This document shows positions 18,779 to 28,500 of a stretch of DNA of 61,100 nucleotides, piece by piece. Within the stretch, counting starts at the first letter, position 1. The number at the start of each line of letters is the position of its first letter. Below the pieces are notes generated by a model that made no database searches, was not told the origin of the DNA, and saw only the letters and a program-made list of their open reading frames with translations. A program made the position numbers and the translations under genes. Location of the stretch: the NCBI GenBank assembly GCA_035406965.1, contig DAONZU010000001.1, positions 1 to 61,100 on the forward strand, given 5' to 3'. The DNA comes from Bacteroidales bacterium. GTDB taxonomy: Bacteria; Bacteroidota; Bacteroidia; Bacteroidales; ML635J-15.

Positions 18779-20227
18779 TTAAGCTTTCCTCCTATTCAAA
18801 TACCAATTATACACCAACATTGCCATAACAGTTCCAACACCGATTGCTGCGAAAATTATCCCTATATTATAAGGTTGATAATTTGTCCACAAATACTCCG
18901 TTAATTGACCTTGACTCATATTCAATTGTTGACAAGCCGCACTTATATAATCTGTTTGCGAAAAATTTTCTGAAATTTCTGGAATATTCAAACCTCTGCT
19001 GCTAACTTCCATTTTTAGTAAACTAATTTTATCGGAATATTTTTGATAAACCGAACCCGACAAAATTCCTGCAAGATAATTTCCACCAGCCATTGGTAAA
19101 AAACTATAACCCATATACAAAGCCGTTTTGTTTGGAGGAGCAATTTTTCCAATATATTCAGTAATTTTTGGAGAACCTGCCATTTCGCCTAAACCAAAAA
19201 TCAAAATGCTTACAAATAAAAACATTGGATTATTTGTAGAAAAAGTAAGAAACAAACCAATTGTTGCAACTAAAAACCCACTAATAATTGAATGAATAGG
19301 TTTAAGCCTCATCACAAAATAAGAAACAGCTATTTGAAAAATAATAATATACATTGCATCAAGATTTGTGAGCATTTCTGCCGCTATAGTTTTTTCGGGA
19401 GTACCAATTGTTTCTGCCAACCAGGGCCAAACAGAATGCAATTTATTATAAACTATTGAAGTGTCCATCCATTGGTCGATAAAAACTGGCAAAGTATAAA
19501 ATAGCTGATTGTACATTGTCCAAAAACCAACTATTATCAATAAGAACACTACAAATTTCATGTCTTTTAATGCTTCAAAAATATTTTTAAAAATAATTTT
19601 TAATTCTTCGGTAAACTTATTTTGCTTGATTTCTCGTTCTGGTTCTTTAAAAAATAGAATTACTAAAACTAAATTTATTAAAATTACAGCCGAAGAAATA
19701 TAAAAAACATATTTCCAATCGTGTTGTCTTGCTAAAGAAGCAACAATAGGACCTATAAATGCACCTATATTTACAATCATATAAAATATTCCAAAACCCA
19801 ATGATGAAGTTTGGTCGTTTGTGGTTTTTGCTATACAAGCTGATATTACGGGTTTAAACAAAGATGCACCTATAGCAAGAATTAAAAAAACTATAAATAC
19901 TGCATAAAAACTAGTAACCAAAGAAAGAGCAAAATATGATGCACTAAGAATTATATAAGATATTATCAGCACTTTTTTATATCCAAATCTATCTGCAATA
20001 GCACCAGTAAAAATTGGCATTAGATAAAGCAAACCAACAACTGTTCCCATCATCATTCCCTTTTGAGTTTGCGAAAAGCCTAATGCACCTACATCTGTTG
20101 AACCAGTTAAGTAAAGAGCAAGAAGCATAAACATACCATACCAAGCCCAGCGCTCAAAAAGCTCCATTAAATTTGAAATCCAATAGGTTTGAGGATATAA
20201 TTTTAAAAGTTTGAAGAATTTAGGCAT
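18779..20227 (-). CDS. Proton-dependent oligopeptide transporter (POT/PTR2 family, DtpT-like)
   Basis: MELFERWAWYGMF is the ExxERFxYYG POT motif. 12+ TM MFS-like protein. Start set at MPKFFKLL (20227) rather than the upstream ORF-track start at 20305. Confidence 0.88.
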   Translation of the reverse strand: MPKFFKLLKLYPQTYWISNLMELFERWAWYGMFMLLALYLTGSTDVGALGFSQTQKGMMMGTVVGLLYLMPIFTGAIADRFGYKKVLIISYIILSASYFALSLVTSFYAVFIVFLILAIGASLFKPVISACIAKTTNDQTSSLGFGIFYMIVNIGAFIGPIVASLARQHDWKYVFYISSAVILINLVLVILFFKEPEREIKQNKFTEELKIIFKNIFEALKDMKFVVFLLIIVGFWTMYNQLFYTLPVFIDQWMDTSIVYNKLHSVWPWLAETIGTPEKTIAAEMLTNLDAMYIIIFQIAVSYFVMRLKPIHSIISGFLVATIGLFLTFSTNNPMFLFVSILIFGLGEMAGSPKITEYIGKIAPPNKTALYMGYSFLPMAGGNYLAGILSGSVYQKYSDKISLLKMEVSSRGLNIPEISENFSQTDYISAACQQLNMSQGQLTEYLWTNYQPYNIGIIFAAIGVGTVMAMLVYNWYLNRRKA

Positions 20228-20336
20228 AATTATATTTTTTTCTTGCAAAGCTAAAAAAATATTTAAAAACATTTGCTTTAAAAAACTTTTTGCCGTAACT
20301 TGCACCCATTGTTAAATTAATTGATTATTTAAAATT

Positions 20337-23300
20337 ATGAGGAAAATTTTTACATTTTTATTTAGTTTTTTGTCCGTGCTAGCATTTGGACAAGTTGAGT
20401 TTGAAACAACAGATACTTACAAGAGTGAAGACGTAAGTATCAATACCTACAAAATTATTTCACCAATTATCCAAGACAAAAATGGCGGTTACGGTTTTTG
20501 TTTAAAAACCCCTGAAGAATTTACATCTTTTGCTCTTGGCTGGGTATCAAGCACAGAAAATTATTCGGCAGGTAGTTTTGAGATTGTTTACAAAGTTCAT
20601 AAACCAAATAAAACTTGGACTAATTGGGAAATTGACGAAGGTTTTACTAAACCAAACGAAACAAAATCAAATTATTATAAATCCAACCTTATGTTTGGCT
20701 TGGACGAGTGGAAACATGATTCTATAGAATTTTATATTTACCCACCAGAAGGTGAAATTATAAGTGAAATTTATTTGATTTTATTAAATATTGGTCCAAC
20801 AACAATTACAGAAACAAAAAGTACAAAATCTGGAGCAAAAGCCTGTCCAGCATTTCCATCACCAATTATTACGCGAGCTGAGTGGTGTAGTAGCAGTGCT
20901 TCTAATTGCCTAAACCCAACATACACAGTTGTTTACAGAAACCCAACCCATACTGTAATTCATCATGGTGCAAGTCCAAATTCATATACAGACGGAGCAG
21001 CCGTAGTGAGAAGCTATTGGAACTATCATGTAAACAGCAATAATTGGAATGATATTGGCTATAATTATCTTTTCGACAAATATGGAAATTTTTTCCAAGG
21101 TCGTCATAATCCAAATTTACCCAACCAAGATGTTCATGGCGCTCATGCAGGTGCTTCAAACACTTATTCTATAGGTTTAAATTTCTTAGGAAATTCCGAT
21201 GCACCCGGCACAGCACCAACTCAGCCTCAACTAGATAAATGTGCAGAGTTTTTAGCGTGGTGGTACGACTACAGAGGTTTTGACCCAACAAGTATGGCAA
21301 GTATTATTAATCAAAATAACGACGGATATGTAAATGTTCATAGAATCTGTGGACATAGAGATGTTAACCCAGGTGGAACAACTTGCCCTGGTGATGCTTT
21401 GTATGCTCTATTGCCTTCAATAAGAACTAGCACACAACAAATTTTAGATATGTGTGCCGACACTCAAGCACCAACAACAGAAATTCAAACTCAAAGAAGA
21501 TGGTATAATTCAGATTTTGAAGTCAATTTTAACGACCAAGACAATGAAGGCGGTTCAGGTGTAAATTATAGTTTCTATCAAGTTATGGATTTTGACGGAA
21601 CTGAGTGGCGTGCCAATGGAGAGCATGGTTTTTTTAATGATAATTTTGAAACAGCCATACATGAAGAATGGACTGACTATGCTGGAGAATGGTCAATAAG
21701 TGATAATCACTTAAAACAATCAAACCAAACAAGTACCAATACAAATCTTTATGCTTATGTAAACCAAGTGCAAGGCGAGACTTATTTATATCATTGGAAA
21801 CAAAAAATTTCGGGATCAGGCGACAATCGTAGAGCTGGAATGCACTTTTTCTGTAGCGACCCAGAAGCTAGCGGAAGACAAACTTCATACATGCTTTACC
21901 TAAGAGTTGACCAAACATTAGGCTTTGGTTCAGGAACAGCTGAAATTTATCGCTATAATAACAATTCATACGACACTAGTGAAGGTGGATTTTTTCACTT
22001 TGAATCTTATGATTTACAACCCAACATTTGGTATGACGTAAAAATTATTCTTAACACAACTACAGGAACAATTTCATTATATATTGATAATGAGTTTGTT
22101 ACATCTATAACTGACCCAACACCATTTGAATCTGGTAATTCTATTTCGCTTAGAACTGGACAAAGCATATGCGAATACGATGATATAAAAATGTACAAAG
22201 CTCGTAGTGCAAGCGAAATTGTAACAACTCAACTAAATCCAAATGCAGAAATCAGATATCAAAGTCCAAACAACACTAAAGAAGCTGCAAGAATTAGAAC
22301 ACAAATTATAGATAATGCCAACAATTGGTCTGAATCAAAGTCTAAGAATATTTTTACTGATTTTGACAATCCTGAAACCGATATTGAAGTTACTGGGAAT
22401 TGGCATACCGGCAATTTCTCTGCTTATTTCTCTGATAATGACCAACTTAGCGGAGTAGAAAAAGGATTTTTCAACATTTCTGATTTTGATGGAACAAAAT
22501 GGACTGCCAATAAAAACAAAGGACATTTTTTCGATGATTTTAATAATGGATTAAGCACAGATTGGACTAATCAAGTTGGTAATTGGACAGCTAACTCAGA
22601 AGGCATTTTAATTCACAATGATGAAAGTGTAGGAAATTCAAACATATATGCTTACCTAAATCAAGAGTTATCAAATAAATATTTGTACGAATTTGATTTA
22701 AAAGTTGAAGGAAGTAATATAAATAAAAGAGCTGGGTTCCATTTCTTCTGCGACAATCCAGAATTAAGTAATAGAGGTAACGGATATTTTATTTGGTTTA
22801 GACTACAGGATACACAATCTTTAGAATTTTATAGAGTTACAAACAATGTGCTTTCATTAGATAAAACTTTTACAATTAATTTTGCAGCAGAAACTTGGTA
22901 TAATATAAAAATTCTTTACGACAGAGTTACTGGTGAATTTCTTGTGTATCAAGACAATAAACTTATTGGCGAGCATAAAGATACTAATCCATATTTCACT
23001 GGAAGTTATATTTCTTTCCGCAGTGGAAATTCTATAATGTCGGTTGATAATTTTAGGACTTTCCGCTCAAGATATTCTAATCAAGATACAGAAATTATCT
23101 GCAATGCTACAGATGGAGATTTAAGATACTCAAATCCTAATCCTGATGTAGCTGCTGCAAAAATTAGCTCTATGTGCATGGATAGTGCAAAAAACCTATC
23201 TTCAATAATCACAAAAAATTACAATATTGATTTTAGTAAACCTACAAATATTTCAAGTGTTAATGATGGAATAGCTCAAGATGTAGATAGTAGTAATGAC

Positions 23301-24905
23301 TCACAAAATTTATCAGGCAATTGGACAGAAAGTCAAGATCCAAACTCTGGAATAAGTGCTTATTTCTATGCTATTGGTACAAGTCAAGGTGGTACAGATT
23401 ACTTAAATTGGACAAATAATGGACTTGCTACAAACTTTACAATTACAAACGCAAATCTTGAAATTGGTCAAACTTATTATATTTCGGTTAAAGCTCAAAA
23501 CGGTGCAGGTTTATATTCCGACATTGCAACTTCAGATGGAGTTTTAATTCAAGCTACCATTTGCCCCAACAATCAATATTTATCAATTAATGATGAAACT
23601 TTAGAACTTAATTTAGCTACACCTCAAGGCGGACAATATTTTTACAATAATAATCTTATCACAAACTTTAATCCAAGTGAATATGGTGTAGGAAATTATT
23701 TAATCACATACATATATACTGATGAAAGTAATTATGCTACTTCTTGCACTTTCACAATTTATGTTTATAATCCTAATGTTGTAGAATGTCCCGAAAATTT
23801 TGAAATTTGTTCAAATGCAAATGAATTTACTTTAGAAGGGGCAACTCCAAATGGTGGCACATATTCTGGTGATGCAGTTGTTGATGGAGTTTTTTATCCT
23901 GAAAATGCAAGTTTGGGCAATAATACAATTACTTACTCATACGAAGGCGAAGAATGTAGTTTTGAAATTTCTGTAAAACAATCTCCAGAAGTATCCTGCC
24001 CTAACGACATTAATCTTGAAAAGAACTCATCACCATATCCTCTATCTGGAGCAGAACCCGAAGGCGGAAACTATTATTTAAACGGAACTCAAATTACATA
24101 TATCAATCCAGCAAATTACGAAATCGGAGAATATGCTATAGTTTATAGATATATTGATGAAACAACTCAATGTTCTGATTCTTGTACTTTCTCAGTTTAT
24201 ATTTATAATGCTAATGTTGTAGAATGTCCCGAAAATTTTGAAATTTGCTCAAATGCAAGTGAATTTACTTTAGAAGGAGCAACCCCAAATGGTGGCACAT
24301 ATTCTGGCGATGCTGTTGTTGATGGAGTTTTTTATCCTGAAAATGCAAATTTAGGCAATAATACAATTACTTATTCATACGAAAGCGAAGAATGTAGTTT
24401 TGAAATTTCTGTAAAACAATCTCCAGAAGTATCCTGCCCTGACAACATTAATCTTGAAGAAAACTCATCACCATATCCTCTATCTGGAGCAGAACCCGAA
24501 GGCGGAAACTACTATTTGGATGGAAGCCAAATAACAGAAATCAATACAGCAAATTACGAAATAGGAGAATATACTATAATTTATAGATATATTGATGAAA
24601 CAACTCAATGCTCTGATTCTTGCTACTTTAATTTAACAATTAGTCCTTCCACTAGCTTGAATAGTGATACAAACTTTGATTTTGACATATATCCAAATCC
24701 TAATACAGGAAAGTTTAAAGTAATTTTACAAAATAACGACGAAGAATACAATTTGCAAATATTAAATATTCACTCTCAAGTTATTGAAGAAAAACAAATA
24801 AGATCAAATGAAGAGGAAATTAATTTCAACTTGTCTTCTGGAGTTTATTTTGTTAAACTTACAAATTCTAAAGTAAATTTAGTTAAAAAAATATTTGTTG
24901 AATAA
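20337..24905 (+). CDS. 1522-aa T9SS-secreted multidomain protein: PGRP/Amidase_2-type N-acetylmuramoyl-L-alanine amidase + two LamG/concanavalin-like modules + FN3/Ig-like repeats + type A (Por) C-terminal sorting domain
   Basis: Signal peptide MRKIFTFLFSFLSVLAFGQ. Amidase motifs THTVIHHGASPN, GYNYLFDKYGNFFQGR, HAGASNTYSIGLNFLGN, ICGHRDVNPGGTTCPG (nt ~20860-21420). C-terminal DIYPNPNTGKFKV..SGVYFVKLTN..KKIFVE is a type A CTD. Confidence 0.85.
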   Translation: MRKIFTFLFSFLSVLAFGQVEFETTDTYKSEDVSINTYKIISPIIQDKNGGYGFCLKTPEEFTSFALGWVSSTENYSAGSFEIVYKVHKPNKTWTNWEIDEGFTKPNETKSNYYKSNLMFGLDEWKHDSIEFYIYPPEGEIISEIYLILLNIGPTTITETKSTKSGAKACPAFPSPIITRAEWCSSSASNCLNPTYTVVYRNPTHTVIHHGASPNSYTDGAAVVRSYWNYHVNSNNWNDIGYNYLFDKYGNFFQGRHNPNLPNQDVHGAHAGASNTYSIGLNFLGNSDAPGTAPTQPQLDKCAEFLAWWYDYRGFDPTSMASIINQNNDGYVNVHRICGHRDVNPGGTTCPGDALYALLPSIRTSTQQILDMCADTQAPTTEIQTQRRWYNSDFEVNFNDQDNEGGSGVNYSFYQVMDFDGTEWRANGEHGFFNDNFETAIHEEWTDYAGEWSISDNHLKQSNQTSTNTNLYAYVNQVQGETYLYHWKQKISGSGDNRRAGMHFFCSDPEASGRQTSYMLYLRVDQTLGFGSGTAEIYRYNNNSYDTSEGGFFHFESYDLQPNIWYDVKIILNTTTGTISLYIDNEFVTSITDPTPFESGNSISLRTGQSICEYDDIKMYKARSASEIVTTQLNPNAEIRYQSPNNTKEAARIRTQIIDNANNWSESKSKNIFTDFDNPETDIEVTGNWHTGNFSAYFSDNDQLSGVEKGFFNISDFDGTKWTANKNKGHFFDDFNNGLSTDWTNQVGNWTANSEGILIHNDESVGNSNIYAYLNQELSNKYLYEFDLKVEGSNINKRAGFHFFCDNPELSNRGNGYFIWFRLQDTQSLEFYRVTNNVLSLDKTFTINFAAETWYNIKILYDRVTGEFLVYQDNKLIGEHKDTNPYFTGSYISFRSGNSIMSVDNFRTFRSRYSNQDTEIICNATDGDLRYSNPNPDVAAAKISSMCMDSAKNLSSIITKNYNIDFSKPTNISSVNDGIAQDVDSSNDSQNLSGNWTESQDPNSGISAYFYAIGTSQGGTDYLNWTNNGLATNFTITNANLEIGQTYYISVKAQNGAGLYSDIATSDGVLIQATICPNNQYLSINDETLELNLATPQGGQYFYNNNLITNFNPSEYGVGNYLITYIYTDESNYATSCTFTIYVYNPNVVECPENFEICSNANEFTLEGATPNGGTYSGDAVVDGVFYPENASLGNNTITYSYEGEECSFEISVKQSPEVSCPNDINLEKNSSPYPLSGAEPEGGNYYLNGTQITYINPANYEIGEYAIVYRYIDETTQCSDSCTFSVYIYNANVVECPENFEICSNASEFTLEGATPNGGTYSGDAVVDGVFYPENANLGNNTITYSYESEECSFEISVKQSPEVSCPDNINLEENSSPYPLSGAEPEGGNYYLDGSQITEINTANYEIGEYTIIYRYIDETTQCSDSCYFNLTISPSTSLNSDTNFDFDIYPNPNTGKFKVILQNNDEEYNLQILNIHSQVIEEKQIRSNEEEINFNLSSGVYFVKLTNSKVNLVKKIFVE
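21456..23075 (+). repeat. Two diverged ~250-aa modules (21456-22200 and 22353-23075) within the amidase protein
   Basis: Parallel strings: FDGTEWRANGEHGFFNDNFE..NLYAYVNQ..YLYHWK..NRRAGMHFFCSDPE..WYDVKI..LYIDNEF versus FDGTKWTANKNKGHFFDDFN..NIYAYLNQ..YLYEFDL..NKRAGFHFFCDNPE..WYNIKI..VYQDNKL. Confidence 0.7.
23775..24628 (+). repeat. Near-identical in-frame tandem duplication, period 438 bp (146 aa, two Ig-like units)
   Basis: aatgttgtagaatgtcccgaaaattttgaaatttg starts at 23775 and again at 24213. caactcaatg(t/c)tctgattcttg occurs at 24163 and 24601, the same 438-nt offset. Proteins are NVVECPENFEICSNA(N/S)EFTLEGATPNGGTYSGDAVVDGVFYPENA.. in both copies. Confidence 0.9.
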
Positions 24906-24964
24906 AAAATTAAAATAAAACGTAAAATTTTTACAATTATCTTTTTTAATTCACCAAGTTTGTT

Positions 24965-24972
24965 TAGATTTG
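24965..24972 (+). promoter_or_regulatory. Candidate -7 box TAGATTTG upstream of the SprB-like operon
   Basis: Matches TAnnTTTG and ends 25 nt before the ATG at 24998. Confidence 0.3.
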
Positions 24973-24997
24973 CATTAATTATTTTAAGTGTTTTGTT

Positions 24998-25516
24998 ATG
25001 AATAAATTATTAATTGGTTTGATTTTAATTTTTAGCTCGGTGTTAGTTTTCTCACAAACCGATGAATTAGAAGTATTTGTTCAAGAACAAAATGCTAAAT
25101 TAGAATACAATCCCAATAAATTAGTTGTTGCACCAAACACAAACGTAAAAATGATACCTCCTGAATATTTCGAAGCAGACGAAAGTATAAATGGATTTGT
25201 ACATAGAGGTTCTGCTGCAACAATACAGGTTGTAGAAATCAATGGAGTATCATACAGAGATATTTCTTCTTCGATGACAAAAGAATATATTGAAGCTCAA
25301 AACTATATATTTAAAGAAAAAATAAATTTACAAACTGCTACAGGCAAAGATGCTGTAATATTTTTTGTTGAATTTACTAGTGGTGAAATGGTTTATGAAA
25401 GAGCAATGTTTTTTACTGGAGAAGAAAATACAATTTGGGTAAATTTTAATTACCCACTAAATATGAAAAAACTTTTATATCCAGCTATTGAAGCCTGTTT
25501 AATTTCAGTTGAATAA
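24998..25516 (+). CDS. Hypothetical secreted protein (172 aa), first gene of the SprB-like operon
   Basis: Signal peptide MNKLLIGLILIFSSVLVFSQ. No recognisable motif. Its stop lies 1 nt before the adhesin ATG. Confidence 0.6.
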   Translation: MNKLLIGLILIFSSVLVFSQTDELEVFVQEQNAKLEYNPNKLVVAPNTNVKMIPPEYFEADESINGFVHRGSAATIQVVEINGVSYRDISSSMTKEYIEAQNYIFKEKINLQTATGKDAVIFFVEFTSGEMVYERAMFFTGEENTIWVNFNYPLNMKKLLYPAIEACLISVE

Positions 25517-25517
25517 T

Positions 25518-28500
25518 ATGAAGCATTTTGTTAAAATATCATATTTACTTTTGTTTATACTGTTAAGTTTAAACATTTTTGGGCAAGAAAACACTTTGCA
25601 ACACGAAATGCTTTATCAATCTCACGATCAAAACATGTGGGGACCTGACGATGCCTATGGAATAGATGTTGAACACACATTTTTTGATGTTGACATCAAT
25701 GAATCTTGGGGATTTTCAGAAATTTCAGAAGCCTTTGGTCAACAGTTCGGTGTCGGAATGAATGTAGGAATTATTGCTTTATTACGTTCTACTTTTGAAG
25801 CACATGGCTTTTATACAGGAAGTTTTAGTCTAGATTATCCTATAAAAACAACTTTAGAGTTTCCCGAAGATTTCAGCTTTAATTATGGTGGACCAGCAAC
25901 AATATACACTTCTTACGAAGTTACTGATGGCTGGGCTTTAGAAACTTCTTTTCCACCTGTTGGAGTTGTTACACTTGATTTTGAATATCAGTTCGATCCA
26001 TTTATGAATATTGTAGTTTGCGTATTTTCATGCGACACAATACATTTAATTCCTGCAAGCGTCTCCTTGCCATACACCTTAGATACTTTATTTCACATAA
26101 ATGCAGAAACTGAATATTGCGTTTTCCCTTGTTACGTTGGCAACCAATTTACCTTTTGCCACGACTACGAACTTCCTATTGATATAGATTTTACAGATCT
26201 TGTGGGTTTTAATTTCGAAGCTCATGTAGATTTACCAGAAGTAGTTACTGAAGACTATATTGAACAAGGTTCAAATTGTTTAATTGCAAAAGGTGAAGAC
26301 CCATACATGTTAGTTGAACTTGATGTTTTAGGTTTTTTATATGTGATGGCTGGCTATATCCCAGCACCTGAAGGACCGCAAATACAAGAAGCTATTGCAT
26401 TTTTAAACGACACTATTCAATATCCGATAAACACACCACTAGGAGACATTATTTTTCAAATTGAGTATTCTTTATTAAGTGTTTACTTTATTATCCAAAA
26501 CACTTTACATCAAGATATTTATTTCTGTCCAACGATTTGGCTAACTTTAGATTTCCCTGTTGAAATGCCGTATATAATTACTGATCCACAAAACTCTAAT
26601 GCAGAAATTGAAAATGGCTTTAGCGACACAATTACTATGGCGGTTGGAAACGATCTTACAATAACTTACCCCTGCCACGACTGGGATTCTATGTATGTTG
26701 GAGTAAAGTATAATATTCAACCAACAATTCGAAATCACACTTGGGATAGCATTGCATTCTCGTTTGTTATAGAAGCACTTAGAGCTTCAATTTCTATAAT
26801 AACTCCGTTCAAATCTCAAATTGCTGACAATGTTATGCCTAGCTTTGAGCTACCTATTAATTCAGAAACACCTGTTATTTCTGAACAAATTGCTATGCAT
26901 GGATATTACGAAGATGAAGAATTTATACAAGGGTTAGAAAAAGATTTAGGACCTTGGGAAATTGGACCTCTCTTTGAATGGACAATAAGTTTGGGTTACG
27001 TTCCAGTTACTTGGTTTGACCAAACTTGGGAATTAATGCATTTTGAAGAAGATATTGCTTTTCCAGGAACTTATATCCGCCCCTACGACAAATCAGAAGT
27101 AAACTCTCTACTATACACAGAGCAAGCATTTTGTTATGGCGAAACTTACGGATATATTTATGCAGAAGCTCAAAATGGAATTGCTCCTTACGAATTTCAA
27201 TGGTCATCAGGACAATTAACACAAAACTCATATGCCGATACAGATAGTATTCATGGCGTTCCAGGATACTATACAATCACTGTAACTGATGCTCAAAATT
27301 GCGAAAGCTATGATTCTATTTCAGTAGCAGTAAATCCACCTATTATTCACAATCTAACAGCAAGCGATTTAGATTGCTACGGATTTTTTACAGGAAGCAT
27401 TACTACAGAAGTGACTGGAGGCACATTCCCATATTTCTTCGAATGGTCAAATGGTAGCTTTCAACAAAACCCAACTGATTTAACTTCAGGCTGGCATTAT
27501 GTAACTATTTCAGACTTTAGAGATTGTTCTGTTACAGACTCTATATACATAAATCAACCCGACTCCCCTATTACCATTGATTATACCAAAACAGATTTAC
27601 CTTGCCACGGAACAGACTATGGCTCTATTGATATTACACTTTCGGGAGCTACTCCACCATATACAGTCTTATGGAGTAGCGGTCAAACATACCAAGATTT
27701 ACATAATTTAAGTGCTGACATTTATACCATAACAGCTACCGATGCGAATAATTGCTCGTGGGCACAAAGTATTACTATTATAGAACCAGATACTTTAATT
27801 GCAAATATAAATTCATCTAACATTCCTTGTTTTGGCTTAGACAATGGAAGTTTAGTTGTACAAACAAGCGGCGGAACTCAACCTTATACTTATCATTGGT
27901 TCCACGATTCAAATCAAAGTTCGAATATTATTACAAATATGCATCCAGGATATTATTTTGTTTCAGTTGTTGATGCAAATGGATGCTCAGACACAGCAAG
28001 CGCATATATTACTCAACCTAATGAACTAATACTTACAGAACAAATTCACAATGTTAGTTGTAAAGGTGGACACGATGGCTATATCACAGTTAATGTTAGC
28101 GGTGGAACACCATACTACAATATTGAATGGAGCAATGGATATTTCACAGATTCTATTGGCAATTTGCCAATTGGTACTTACACAATTACAGTTACAGATC
28201 AACATGCTTGTAGGAATATTCAAACTTACACAATTACAGAACCAGCAAATTATTTAAGTTCTACATTTTATGAAATTAATAATGTGAGCTGTTTTGGCTA
28301 TAATGACGGAAATGCAAATGTTTTACCTACTGGCGGAACACCACCTTACACTGTTTATTGGGAAGAAGGTGTTGAACAACAAGACTTTACAGGCTTAGGC
28401 ATGCCAGCGAATACTTATTTTAACATTACAGTTGTTGATGCAAACTCTTGCCAATATTTTGATAGCATAAGATTTACTCAACCAACAATTTTGCAATTAA

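Noticed and set aside
1-24650. Tandem DNA repeats (1-740 and 23775-24628) considered as possible CRISPR or satellite arrays
   Set aside because: The periods are 447 and 438 bp, both multiples of three and in frame inside adhesin-type genes. There is no short repeat/unique spacer organisation. They are coding domain duplications.
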